A stretch of 64,000 bases of DNA from Mytilus trossulus (lineage: Eukaryota): contig NC_086377.1 of NCBI RefSeq assembly GCF_036588685.1, positions 32,798,001 to 32,862,000 on the forward strand, written 5' to 3'. The notes under the pieces were generated by a model. The model ran no database searches. It worked only from the letters and a program-made list of their open reading frames with translations, and was not told where the DNA came from. Shown in pieces: positions 38,024 to 51,293 of the stretch; positions within the stretch are counted from its first letter, which is position 1; each line of letters opens with the position of its first letter. The position numbers and the translations under genes are program-made.

Positions 38024-38829
38024 AGATATAACTCTATAGGGTTATTACAGAAAATAACTTGGGTGTGTTATTACAGATACTTTCATGAGTTGTCTACCGG
38101 TACTCTTTATTCCTTAAATTTTCTAAATCTGTAATAACATATGTTTGTTATTTGTAAAATTATTTCATTTATAGTGGGCTCTAGGGAACTCTTGAGACTT
38201 TGCGCAGCAACTAAATGCAAAGCCTTGATAACTAATTTTTTAATTAAATTAATTAATTTTTGATTAACCATGGTAAATCAATGAGACGAGGCTATTAAAG
38301 AATAAACTTAGCTGTGATAACAAGGCTAGGTTATTAAAGGAATGTAACTTATTATATAAGACACTTGGGAATTACTGAGAAACTTGCACAGAACCTCATT
38401 ACATGCATGACATGCTCTGGTCATTATTTCTTACAATTAATTAAAATACATTGTAATTAAGCATGATGTATGTCTGAGCAAATGCTTTGAAGTGATATAG
38501 AGAAGCTGTGATAAAACCCTTTAGTTATTACAGGCATATTTTTTCTGTAATAACATATACAATGTAGGTGTAGTACAAAATGTATGCAAAATTGGCAAAC
38601 TTATGATGAACTGTTATATCTTTCAATAGTTAAGTATACATATAGACAAAAGTAATATCAATAGAACTTTTATACATTTTAACTAAACTAATGATGTATA
38701 TTGTCCCTTTTAAACATGTAACATACATATGTTATCACTATTATTTGAATTTTTAGTTCACAATAACAAATGTATGTTATTTTTCTGTAATAACCCTATA
38801 GACATGATAGACATGATAGAGTTATATCC
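38024..38829. mobile_element. MITE-like element with terminal inverted repeats
   Basis: tctatagggttattacagaaaa (38033) / ttttctgtaataaccctataga (38802), with internal ttattacag/ctgtaataa motifs. Confidence 0.65.
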
Positions 38830-39788
38830 CTGACTGTAGGTACACTATGAAAATTTGTCCCTTGTGGCATATTTTTATAATTTAACATCCATGAAATTAT
38901 GTCCAAGTGCTAGGGACAATTTTTCACTAAGGGAGACACTATTTTATAGTTTGCAAGTGTGACATTTTGTCCAGTGACTAAATTTTTTTATCAGATGAAC
39001 TGTGAAATAAAGTTCAAAAAGACACAATATTAATTTCATGGCTTACAGTAACAAGTACATGTAGACTAGGAAGGCCAATTTGGCTACATTACCCTAGATG
39101 CAGAGAGTCATGCAGAGGCTGCAAACATGTAAACATTTCAATGATGAAATAATGTCCAAAAATTATGTAGGTTTATCCTTGGCTTTTCTCATGTAATCGA
39201 AAGGCTCATATATGACTTTGGAATGCTTCTACATCTACATTCTAGGTTACGCTGAATATACAAGCGAGTATAAAGTATGGCAGAAAAAAAACAGAAAAGC
39301 AATGTATAAAAAAGAGGGTGGGGTCCCATTTGCTATTCGTTCATCACGCCCGAACCAATCGTGTTTCTGTGGCGGTACCAGGGAAAAAAATCCCCGCCGG
39401 CACAGCTCCAGTCCATCATTTGACTTACTTGGCAAATAATCGACTGCACAGATTAGATAGAAATAATAAAAGCTCCCTATTGAAAGATACCAAGGAGGGA
39501 GCCTCAGCTAGTAGTGAGTTCCAAATTGAAAATGTCACTGTCACCGGTACTACAACACAATACAATCGGCTTTTCAAGATAAATAATTATTTGCACTTCA
39601 AGTTTGTACAATAATGTAGCAAAGTCGTGCGGCTCGTGCCTTGTTATATCTTTAGACCGCGTCGGTCTCGAGTAGCGAACCATGACAGATGACCAATTTC
39701 TACTTATTTAATCTTCTTAATTGACGTGACAAGCATTTATAAATAAAAATAAACAATGTTTAATATAGCAACTGTAATTATAACTTAC

Positions 39789-39960
39789 CTTAAATTACAT
39801 TCTACATGCTAGTCAAGTCAAATCGAACAAATGCACTGTTTTTTCTCGATTTTTCGCGTGTAAATAAAGAAATAGGGGAAATAACTCAAATGAAAAAGTA
39901 AAAATAAAACCAGACCGGTGTAAAATAACTTGTTTCCGGAAAGATCAGAAAAATTACAAT
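39789..39960 (-). promoter_or_regulatory. Candidate first (non-coding) exon and promoter of the zinc-finger gene
   Basis: Strong donor AAG/gtaagt at 39789/39788, local CpG enrichment, an E2F-like ttttcgcg and the palindrome tttccggaaa. Confidence 0.4.
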
Positions 39961-40576
39961 ATATATATTGGTCATTTTAAAAAGAAATCGAATTTCCAGT
40001 ACAGAACAGTACTCCTTAGCTAAACAAAAAATAAATAAAAATGACATTGATACATAAATGAAAAAAAACCTTTCATATATTTGCGTTCATCGGACAACAA
40101 TTGTCTTTTCATACTACATATATACGGTCGAGAATAAATTTTATGTAGAAAACATTTCAATATTCCAGTACAGTACTTCATGCACGGGTGGTTTGATAGT
40201 AGTTAAAGTCATTCGAGTCATTGCAGTCAAGTGCTCTAGATGCTTTTTTCCAAATAAATAATTATGAAAATTATGAATAAATAATTATAAAAATTATTTA
40301 TTTACAGGTTGATAGTCCAAGAAGAGTTGCAAATATTGATATTGTAGTGCTAGTTAGAGACAGGCAAATCATAATTCTCATTGATATACAATGAATTACG
40401 TGGCTTACATTACCTGAATAAAATGCAAGTGGCTATACTCCCATGTGAGATTTTTGTATGATATTAATAAATGTTTTATGTTCGGTTAAGGTTACGAATT
40501 AGAACATAATACAATGTAGTGGATGGTGGATTAAACGTGGTTTTATACTGTAGCAAGCTTAATTGCTCACTTGTAT

Positions 40577-42179
40577 CAGGGGCGTGTCCAGGATATTGGA
40601 AAGGGGGCGTAGAATAAAATATGTATAATAATAGCGAATTGCACTAATGTTATTACGGTTCCTGACTTAGAGCATGTATATTTTATAGTTAAAGTGTCAG
40701 GGTGTGACATTTTTTATGCCTAGTTCTCTCCATGAATTGTCTATGGTATATTAAAATGATTGGATGGATCTTAACAGCAGTAGACCAATAACGAGAAATT
40801 CCAACAACAATGGATACTAGTCGCATAGCCGAACACGCCGGACTCCGAGAAACGAAATTTTACGGTTGATGATGACCCATCTGTCTGATTGGGGAATCAG
40901 TATAAAAAGAAATCAGATTATGTGTTTAATTAATGAATATGATAAATTGCCATTATTCAATAAAATACTAGCAGATAACGATAGTTGTTTTTTTTTAAGG
41001 GGGGGGGGGGGGGGGGCGTATGTAACAAAAAATTTGTTCCGGCGTGACATTTGTTCCACGGGAACAAATTTCATAGGAAATATGTTCCACCGGAACTTAT
41101 GTCACAGAAAATATGTTCCAGCACTATAAAATTTGTTCCAGAACTAATTTTTTAACCAAGTGTGAAATAAGTTCCGGAACAAAAATTACAGCACCATGAC
41201 AATGTATAAGTTTTGTTCCAATATTAAAATAAAAAAAAAAGTGAAATAGGTTTGTGTGATATTAGTTTTGAAAGAAGGTATTTTATAGAAGTCAATGAAA
41301 ATGTTCTGCTGGAACCTATTTCACAGGAAATACGTACTGTGCTTGCATGGGGTACATTTGCAACTGAAGGCATGACTTTAGAATGAAAATAAGAAATAAA
41401 AGCGGTGATAATGTTTCATAATTTGTATCTATTTTTATCTTTTATGTGGTATTCCACCTCCTTGTTTCCTGTTGATCTGTCATGGGTGTTCTAATCATAC
41501 ATGTACTTAGCTATGGTCATTGCACATTTTTAAGAGAGTGTGTTTTTTGTTTCTCTATGTCTTTAAATATAATTGATCAGTCACTTTGTCCTTTTTGAAA
41601 ACGTACAAATGTTCATCTTTAACTATTATAATATTTTTTTTCCTGAATGACTTTTATTATTATTTCTTATTCTACTCTTTCCTGGTTCATAAGTGTCATT
41701 TTTAGTATTATTAATTGAGTATGTTATTAACTTTTGCTTTACTCCACGTACATGATCCAAATTGGATGTTTAAACTTTTTCTATATTACCTTATGATGGC
41801 TTATCAATTAAGTACATGTTTTTTATAATGACTTTAAACTCACTGATGACAAGTGCTCAGTATAAAAGAAAACTTGTTTAACCAGGGGAACATATTTCAT
41901 AGACAAGGAACTTATTTCACCAGGTGAGGAACAAATCTCACGAACATGGAACTTATTTCACTAGATAAGGAACAAATTTCACCAACCCAGAACTTATTTC
42001 ACCAGGTAAAGTGTGGAACTTATTGCATAGAGATGGAACAAATTATATAGAAATTGTCTGTGACAAAAGTTCTCCCAGAACATATTTCCTGTGACATTAG
42101 TTCCACTGGAACTTTTTTCACAGGAACAAATTTTGGCTCACACGTACGCCCATTACGCCCTTACCTAAACCCGCCCCTG
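40577..42179. mobile_element. Non-autonomous TIR element (CAGGGGCG...CGCCCCTG, hAT-like ends) hosting a nested insertion
   Basis: 8-bp perfect terminal inverted repeat. No clear TSD. Confidence 0.6.
41021..42142. mobile_element. Nested non-autonomous TIR element, TGT...ACA ends, 4-bp TSD (Ginger-like)
   Basis: tgtaacaaaaaatttgttcc / ggaacaaattttggctcaca. TSD cgta at 41017-41020 and 42143-42146. About 21-bp ggaacwwatttcac subterminal repeats. Confidence 0.8.
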
Positions 42180-42389
42180 TGTTTGACAGTCACATATAAT
42201 TCCAATAAATATTGAATACATTTTCATACATAATTTACAATGAAGTCAATACTTCATTAGCTTAACACACAATATGTATGTTCGTCTCAATCCAAATTGT
42301 ATATGCTACATGTAACATTAGATTGTTTACATTACGAATATATACTGTACATGTTGTGACAGACAACAAAATATAAAATGATCTTTAAA

Positions 42390-42545
42390 TAAACTCATTA
42401 TATATACCAAGATGGAAATTTGTATTTACGCCAGACGCGCATTTCGTCTACAAAAAACTTATCACTGACGCTCAAATTCAAAAAAGTTAAAAAGGTCAAA
42501 TATAGTACGAAGTTCAAAGAGCATTGAGGACAAAATTCCTAAGTT
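42390..42545 (-). mobile_element. Hammerhead-bearing repeat with an inactivated core
   Basis: GCGUCA GUGAUAA GUUU-UUUGU-AGAC GAAA UGCGCG UC UGGCGU: the CUGAUGA box is mutated, stem I is intact. Confidence 0.7.
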
Positions 42546-43789
42546 TTAGCTCACCATTATCAAACTTATAAATGCATTGGTTTAATGCCGTAAAAAGGAA
42601 CTAATTTGAACCCTTTTTTATTGTTTTAAACGTAAATACACTAACACCTAACATTTAAAGTTAAAGGAAATTAGGAGATAACTGTATTGTATTTTAAGCT
42701 CCGACGGCATCAATTTGAAATTTGATCGGTCGCAAATTAAGTTTACTGGCGACGCGTTTGTCCCATACTGATCCCTACTGGTGTCCATGTGTTTTGTGTT
42801 GCCAAGAGAAATGAGGCGATGAATTTAAGTTTTCTAAATTTTTGATATGTTTTGTGGTTAATGCCAAACTTTATGTATACCAAATCTTGTTAGAAAAATG
42901 CAGGTGTGATTTTTGTTTTAATCATTATGTTATAATAGACAGATAGGGGAAATTAACTATGTTCTCGGACCTAAGAGGCAGAACACACCTTTTCTGAAAA
43001 TGGACTTTGTGGCCCCATGTTTGCATAATTTGAGGAAAATATGAGGAAATAATTTTAAATTGCAATTAAAAAAAACACAACTTTGGGCACTCTGGTTGAA
43101 ATGTTTTTACTTGTTGACACTTTTATTCAATTTTGCTGCCTGGGTTCATATTTATTTTAAATTTTTTGGGCAAATTACTACAGATACAAATGTAAAAAAA
43201 GTTCTTTAAAGTTTAATGGAGGGAAGAATTCAAAAGTATTCAGGAAATTTTTCAGAAAATTCAGCCCCTTGCAAAAATGGACACTGTCTAATTTCGACCG
43301 GGGCTTGTACGCCCAATGGCAAATATGGGTGATTAACTGCAAGCTTCCAAATACCGACGGATGGAAACAAATGCAAATACTGGTAATCTTGATAAGACAT
43401 CTTGATTTTTAATTACCTAATTTTGATGTTTCGCACCTGTGCCACAACACAAAATGTATTAATGTTGTTCATATTGTGTTAGAGCCACATGGCTTCAACA
43501 ACACCCGAAAATTATGCATTTCATGTTGTCATTTTCTTGTGCATCCAGACCCTTTGCCACCTTGCATAGTACACCTAAAGATGGCAAACAATAATATTGT
43601 TATTATTTATATTATTTATATTTTAAGAAATTATTTATTTATTTATCTTTCTTTCTTTTAATTATTTTATTGATTTAGACAAATATTTCAGACTCCTTTT
43701 TGATTGGTTAAAAGGACATTTGGTTATATTATTTGCTGCTGGTTCGGTGGGTGTCATCTAAGGTGCAGGTGGAAGTGGCCTTTTACACA

Positions 43790-45741
43790 ATGCAGGAACT
43801 GGGTCCAACTGTCCGTTTTCTGTAAACGTCGCACTTCTTTCGGTTTTGCTTAGCTCCTTTCACCACTCTGAGTTAGCCGTTTACGTTTTATTCCTGGCTT
43901 TTTTCATATTCTTGTTTGTATGTATAGTCTCCGCCATTTTGCTCGAAAACTTGAAACTGCTCTCCGACAAATTAACCCCAAAACTTCCACTCATCATTTT
44001 GGCTGACATGCCTGGTTTGTTGTTGTTACGATGTATTCCGGAGGCCAACCTTGCTTGTATGCCTCTTAAACAAATTACTAGTACATTCTTTGGTAAGTTG
44101 ACACTGAGGGCTCTATAAACAACTTCATTCTTATTGAGGGTGGTATATAACTTCATGCTGTTTAATGCTTCCTCACTAAGATTCATCTTCAATATTTCTA
44201 ATAATACTTTGTCTATTTTATCCGTTTGTAGGACATCCTAGATACTTGGACCGAGTCCACAAGTTATAACCCTCATCACCGGTACAAACTATGGAGTACT
44301 GTTTACACATGGAGCAGTCACCATCATAACACCTGAGTATAGCCTCCAGGTCTTTGGGTAAGTATTTACACATATCTTCTATTGATTTGTTGTGCTTCTC
44401 CATCAGCTGTCCAATGATCATTAAGCTCCTGCACTTCACATTTTGGCTAAACGTTTTCTTCATTTCCTTCCTTATCTCTTTCGTACGCCCATAGAACATG
44501 GATTCACTGAACTGAGTTCTCAGTGATGCCCGAAACTATGACTGCCCAAGGTGTACATAGTCTGATAGTCGTACAACTTTCCACATAGGGTGTAAGGCTC
44601 TAGTTGCATCGTCTATTCCTTTAGCTGCACGTCCGTCTCCATCAGTTGTGGCGTTCTTCACCAGGATGTCTTGAAGAGCAAGCTTGGTACCAATTTCCTT
44701 TCACATTTTATATTCTGACAATGGAGCTGCTCTGTGTAGGTTTGCAGTGCAATCTTCATGACCATTGGGACATTCTGCTTTAAAGCCTTTCCCTTTCAAC
44801 CAGGCCCCTTTCCAGCACATCTAATTCTGAGCAAATGATGCCACAAGATTTGTATTTTCTGTTGTTGTCTCAATGGCAAGTGCAAAACCTTGGATAGCAT
44901 TCAGTCCTGGTCTTTCGACTGGTTAATGTCTGAGTGTTGTACCTTCCGTCGACTGTGACATTGATTTCTTTCTCTGTAAGTCCCCTTTCTTGATTTTTGG
45001 CCTTTACATTCTCCAGTTGTTCTCCTATATCTCCATTATTCAGTTGTATCAGTTCTTTTTCAACATTGTGGGTCATTCTTTGCATGCTGGTTCTTGAAGG
45101 AGGAGGACAGTTCATCCTGGCAAGTAGCTCTTGGAGTTTAGTACTCCCCACTAGACAGTCTTGTATTGCTACTGCTACTGCTACATTGGGTTCTCCAGGG
45201 TTGGCACCAGGTAATTGTAGCAATCTCCTTATACAGCTTCATAACTGGACTCACGTAAGAACAGTTCTTGCATCTGAGGGTATATTTCCACCAGACTTCT
45301 CATTTTCCCTGTTTATGTGCAAGCATTTCAGGATTTTTACAACATCTCAACTTCTTTGTATGGACATTTATAACTGTGTTGAGCATCTTCATCCTCTCAT
45401 CATGGTCGACAAACCTCATACCAGATATTGAACACCACTCTTCTTCTGGTTTTTATGTCAGCTGATGGAACCAGTAGCTGGGGAAGAGTCTTTTTGCTGT
45501 CATTGTCTGCAGGTGAAAAAGAAAACGTGCATGGGGATTCATCAATGATAGCATTCAGTTCAACATTCATTTCAACAGCAGGACTATGGTTTTCTTCAAG
45601 ATCTGGTGATGTGGACAGCTGTAAGACAGGGATTTTATTCCATGATGTATTATTATGCTGGAACTTGTAACCAGGTGCCAATCTCCCTCTCTGCAGTCCG
45701 ATAAGGCCCTTGTTGAATGAACTGGTACCCTTTGGAAACAT
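43790..45741 (-). pseudogene. Decayed DDE transposase (Mutator-like/Kolobok-type domain)
   Basis: Fragments in several frames (ORFs 45400..45741, 44870..45223, 44218..44499, 43881..44192). Motifs INVTVDGRY, CWKG...CPNGHEDCTANL, ATTDGDGR, DYVHL and NKNEVVYRAL. Multiple frameshifts and stops. Possible short ends tcccata (42761) / tatggga (45924). Confidence 0.8.
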
Positions 45742-47389
45742 TTTGATGATAAATATAATAATCAGGTGCAGTGTAAAGCGTCGAATGAAACTTTGATGAC
45801 AGACCTCAAAATTGTTAATTTATATACTTTTTTGCATTATGTAACTTTGATGCTGATTTTTAATTGGCTTAACGATTACTGTCAATCATTTTGTTTATTG
45901 TTTTGATCTTATTTAGCTATGGGATGAAAGAAAGTGATTTCTAACTTCAAAGGGTTTAGTCTGCTTCAAAGAAAATGCCTTTGTTTGGCCTTTGTAATGA
46001 GTTTTGTTTTTCCTTATTTTGATATCAAAAGTCATTAGTTTTCGGCAAATTTTAAAGTAGTTCTGTTTAGAAAATTTGATTTTGAGAATTTTTGTTGAAT
46101 CTATTGTTGATTTGAAATAATTGTCATAAAGGGCCAACCCGTGGTAAAATAACGACATATTCAAGCCCCCATGAATTATTTCTTAAATGTACAGATTCCA
46201 TGTATGCATTTCCTCCGACATTTGCATTTAAAAATAGTTTTATTCTGTATTTGAGAATAAAACCATTGTATATAGATATAGGAAGATGTGGCGTGAGTGC
46301 CAATGAGACAACTCTAATGTTTAAATTGATTTCGTTTAACGAAAAATAATGTAGAATTGATATTATCTCAAATACTAACACAACTTTTATAACATTGTAT
46401 ATTAAATTAAAGTTTCTTATCTCGTTGTTTTCAGAAAGGAAGTCTGTTTGTTTACCTTTTTGATCATATTCACTCGGAAAAAAATTGGTCATACTCGTAA
46501 AAAACTGGATCAAATCAACCGAAAAACAACGATCCTAGCCGGACACTATACCTACCGTGATATTTCATCCCATACCATTGAAATCATTAATATTTCCCTG
46601 TAAATATGCCGAGTTATGTAAAACATGCAACTGTTTTTTTTTAGTATATTATCTACTGTCATTCATTCTGTTATCAGTTGTTTGTCGACAAAATATAGAA
46701 ATCGATACCACTTGATCTAAATATTACAAAGTTATCTAACCAGCATTTGGAAATGAGTTTAACTATTTTACTAGGTGTAATATTATTCGGAATAATAAAT
46801 TGTTCGGATACATATTCATCATCTGGTTCGTATATCCAATATCTTGAAGTATTGTACTTTGTCATCCCTTAATTTTATTTCAGAATTTTTATTTAATCTT
46901 TGATTTGTTCATATACTGTCAGCCTGAGAAAGATTCAAAACTTTACATTTTTTAAAGTCTGGTTAAGTGTAAATTGAAATGTAATTTCTACGTCAGTTTT
47001 ATTTGAACAACAAAGGAGAACAAGTAACACATTAGTGCTGTTGTTTTTCGCTCATTAATAACATAAAATCATTCAGAAATTAAGTTTACACTTTAAGTTA
47101 TCTGATAATATTTATGATAAAACGGATGAATTTCTATATAGGTTTGGCTTAAAAAAATTGATATAGCTGTATATCGAAGCGCCTGTACAATCACAGTACA
47201 ATATCATAAATTTTCCTATTAAAATCGAATTTTGATCATTTAAACATGGGAAGCAATCTTATTTGTCAACCTTTAAATGCTCACTAACGCTCGGGATAAA
47301 TCTATTGACAAATCTATTGGCTACTAATGTTCAATTATGTATAGAGCATGGTCAGAATGAATTATTTCTTATAAAACAGATGCGTTAGA

Positions 47390-47740
47390 TACAAGAGGAA
47401 CAGTCAAACTCATAAATGGAAAAAAAAATGACAACGCCATAGCTAAAAATGAAAAAGACAATTATACACATAATAGTCCAAAAGAAACACAATAGAAAAA
47501 CCTTTATCCTGCTGATATTATTACAAACCCGGTAAATAGTCTAATTCAGTAGGTCACATTCATGAAAAGGGAAGGAAATTGTATTGCTAACTTCTTTTTT
47601 TTTCATCATAGGCAGTTCCTGTATAAAGTCAGCCTCATAAAATTAAAGAAATAAGTCGGCAAGACTAAGGGCATACTTGGTTCCCATTGGAATACCGACA
47701 GTCTGTTGACAAACACATCCTTCAAACGTAACAAATATAT
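47390..47740 (-). mobile_element. Internally deleted relic of a second Penelope-like family
   Basis: 47600-47740 reads IFVTFEGCVCQQTVGIPMGTKYALSLADLFL*FYEADFIQEL. 47390-47580 matches the 3' region at 62700-62980. Confidence 0.75.
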
Positions 47741-48031
47741 ATAAAAAGGACATTCAAATAATCTGCACTGTCAAGTTATATTCAACCAAACATGATACCA
47801 TTTGTTGTGTTAGTGACGCCATGAACAATATTATCGTAATCAACGAATATTTCAACACTACCTTTCAACTGAAATAAAATAATTGTTATAATTTACACAC
47901 CGTTACTTTTTCCAGTATAAATATTACAACTATTTTGTTTGTTGTTTCCTTTATAAGTTTACATCATTTTCAAAAAGACCAGTGACTTCGATCTTTAGTA
48001 CACTATAAAGGAGGTGTTCATTATCTCTCTT

Positions 48032-48129
48032 CAATCTAATTAAAATATTGATCTCTGATTACGTTATACTGCATATATGCAGTATAACGCAGTATAACGT
48101 AATCAGAGATCAATATTTTAATTAGATTG
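48032..48129. mobile_element. 98-bp foldback insertion with a 10-bp target-site duplication
   Basis: Perfect 88-bp palindrome plus a 10-nt internal duplication (gcagtataac). Flanked by tatctctctt at 48022-48031 and 48130-48139. Confidence 0.9.
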
Positions 48130-49322
48130 TATCTCTCTTCTGCTGTAAGTTTAATTTAGTTATTTTGTCAGGAATGCCATCTCGTATGTTTTTGATTAAA
48201 GGGGTGTCAGGTTGTCTTACACGTCAATGATACACACACCAAAAAAACGACAAAAAATAAAATAAGGTGCAACATTCATTCTCCATCAAAAGAATACATC
48301 ACATGGATGTAATTTTTGTAAGAAAAATACCAACTTCGTGAAAAGTTGTGTGTTGGACTTAAGAGCCAAGGCAAAATGACAAATATCTGAAAGAACAGAT
48401 CTATTTATGGTTTAAAACAACAACAACAAAAATGATTTTTTTGGGTCATCTGGAACTCATCACAAACAAAGCCCACATGGTTAGCAATGGATAAATAGAA
48501 GGTCACTCTTAAATGATTTTGTTCTCTTAATCAATAAGATATTTTGTGAAATATAGCGGGTTCCCATTACTTAAAAGTTTGGTTCTTTTTTTTACAATGA
48601 ATAAACTTTTTTTTATCATTATTTATTGATATCAGCTCTGAACATTATCATTCTTAAAAGTGAAACTGTAGTAAATGATGGTAAAAAAAATATTTAAAAC
48701 TAATTCCGTAAATGATCTGTTAAAAGAAAATTTCATTTTATGTAAATGATGGTAAACAAATTATTTAAAACAAATTCCTTATATGATCTATGAAAAGAAA
48801 ATTTCATTTTATGTATCAAAATGTGTTAACAAGTGATTATTTAAATCCCCACTTGAAGGCCTCTGATAGACTGAGTGAGCATAAAATCATCGCCAAAGAC
48901 AAACAAGTTATAAGTTAATTTTTCAGTATAATTACTAACAAACGTTTTACCGTCGACCACACTGTTATGAATTTAATTCTATCATACTTTATAAAGTGTT
49001 AGTAAATATAAGAAACACTCATATTTTCTAAGCATCGTTGCAAAACACCTACAATGTATGTTTGGCGATTGCACAGGAGTCAAAGTCATATTATAACATT
49101 TTCATACAATTTTAGTAACATTTTATTTAATTTTTGTTATTAAAATTCATTTCAATTTAAATATAAAACCTAGAATTGATTCGAAGGAACCTGTCAAAAT
49201 TAAGGATTTTCAAGTCTTGGAAAAGTAAAATCAGAAATAAAGTTAAATTACTCTTGTCAATTGCTCAATTGAAATCTTATTCAATAAAAAAAGATATGCA
49301 TTTTGTTTTCATTTATTTTCAG

Positions 49323-49565
49323 TAAAATGTGTTGATATAGTCAGTAATACATTTGGTAGAATGCAGTGTGAACCAGGTAAACACATTCATATTGAAAGTA
49401 TCTCGATAGACAATGAAAAATGTCCATCGAAACCATCGCCATTTAGTATTGGTTATTCTTCAATAACGAGCTTGACATGCCATGGTAACAGAAACTGTAG
49501 TGTCCCATTCAAGTTGCCCCCCGGATATTTTAACAAATACCTGAAGATCCAGTATACATGTTTAG
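49323..49565 (+). CDS. SUEL-lectin-like membrane receptor, domain 1 exon
   Basis: ttttcag acceptor and gtaagt donor, 243 nt, phase 1-1. KCVDIV...QCEPGKHIHIES...KCP...TCHGNRNCSVP...KYLKIQYTC follows the SUEL cysteine pattern. Confidence 0.85.
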
Positions 49566-50453
49566 GTAAGTATATTTAGTTAAATATTTTTTGTAAACCA
49601 TGTTTAAGTTATATATTTGTTAGAATATAACAAGATAGTAATAATCTAAAGGTAATGTAAACATTTAGCTTTGCTCATTGTTGAAGGACGTACGGTGACC
49701 TATACTTGTTAATGTCTGTGTCATTTTCGATTTTTGGGGACAGTTGTCTCATTGGCAATCATACCAAATATTTCTTTTTTTATATTTAACAAAAAATTAC
49801 TTATCAAAAAGTTATATAACAAAATAAGATAAATACACCAAATCAATGTTGGTTTTAAATAGCTGAAGTGGTTAGTTTTTATGTCATGTTGGGTCTTTTG
49901 TATCTTGTTTTTTTTGTAAAAGATTTACTAATTATTGAATTATGAAAAAAGAAGATGTGGTATGGTTGCTTGTTGTGACATATAGTTGCTACGTTGCCGT
50001 TATTTTATCAATGGCTTATTTATACCGCATCTTATTTTCATCTTTTTTTGCGGAACTGTAAGTGATCTTCCCGTTTATTTTTAATGAACACATCTATACA
50101 TGGTGAATGTTCAACATGTTACTGATAACAGTTAATATTGCTTGCCACGAAACTATGATTTTGAACAAAAACCTTTTGAAACGTGAAAACTATTTTACAT
50201 TGTACTTCAGTTAATCATTACTATCTATCAAGTTTTATTTTTTACAAAACAAAAATGATTTTACCATAGTTTCCACGTTTCTTAAAAGGTTTCTCCAAAA
50301 CCATATATTTACTGATATATATATATATATATATATTGATTTAAAAACAGTTCACAGATTTTAAGAAACAATTCACAGATATTGAAATTGAAACTACTTT
50401 TTACAAAAAAAAAATATATCAAAAGACGTTCCAACATTTTCTCGTACCTTTAG

Positions 50454-50678
50454 GTTGTATATCAGTTACAAATGGCGGAACTATAAACATAAGATGCAAA
50501 AGAAACACTATAATTAAAATACAAGATGTGTGGATGAACTTCACAACTGAATGTCCGGCTTACAAAGATACTCATTTAACTAGTTATACTGATATACATA
50601 TAAAATGTAATTTGAAACAGACCTGCAACATTACCAATGTGGATAACCAAATACTGAGTATTTATTTCTACTGTGAAG
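50454..50678 (+). CDS. SUEL-lectin-like receptor, domain 2 exon
   Basis: ctttag acceptor and gttagt donor, 225 nt, phase 1-1. GCISVTNGGTINIRCKRNTIIKIQDV...ECP...KCNLKQTCNI...LSIYFYCE. Confidence 0.8.
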
Positions 50679-51293
50679 GTTAGTGTGTTGTTTAATACAG
50701 TTTGGTTAGGTTATAGTAGAGTGATATTATAGTGTTATTAACTGGCTGTTTCTGTATTGGCCCTGTTGTAGATTGAGGCTAGTTGTATTGGACCAGAGAT
50801 TCGAAGAGCGGGGGGTCGAGACATCTTTGGGAACCTTCAACAGGAAAAATACAGAAAAAGGCAGTTCATCACAATTTTATCCTGGTACCTTTATTAAATG
50901 ATTTTAATGATTTTAATTAGTTGAAACTGACCGTGAAAGAAAAAAGATCTAGAGAATTTCAAACCTAAACTTGTCTTTTTTTGTATTTACGTTAATAAAT
51001 TTTATCAATCACATTCTGAAATTTTATAACTTTTGTCTTATCCAAGCACTTAATGTTATGCTATAACGAGCTTACAGTTAATTTGAGTTATATTACTTAG
51101 TAGGAAGAATAAATAAAACAGTTTTACTATTTTTACTCTTGGATCGTCTGCGTTCTAATGATTGATCAACGGAAATGAAAAACAGTGTCAATAATCGAAA
51201 GTCGTACCGAAAACATTTAGGCTATTAAATTTTTCCTGTCAAAGACTTTAATACGTTACAAAACATTTAAGTACACAAACAAATAAAGTGATA

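Noticed and set aside
39190-39700. GC-richer block with three overlapping ORFs
   Set aside because: No recognisable domain or splice pattern. Probably a repeat fragment, but I could not define its ends.
41885-42060. Regularly spaced ggaac-atttcac repeats resembling a CRISPR array
   Set aside because: These are degenerate ~21-bp tandem units without unique spacers, inside a TIR element. The context is eukaryotic and there are no cas genes.
48670-48813. About 72-bp tandem duplication
   Set aside because: A simple local intronic duplication with no further structure.
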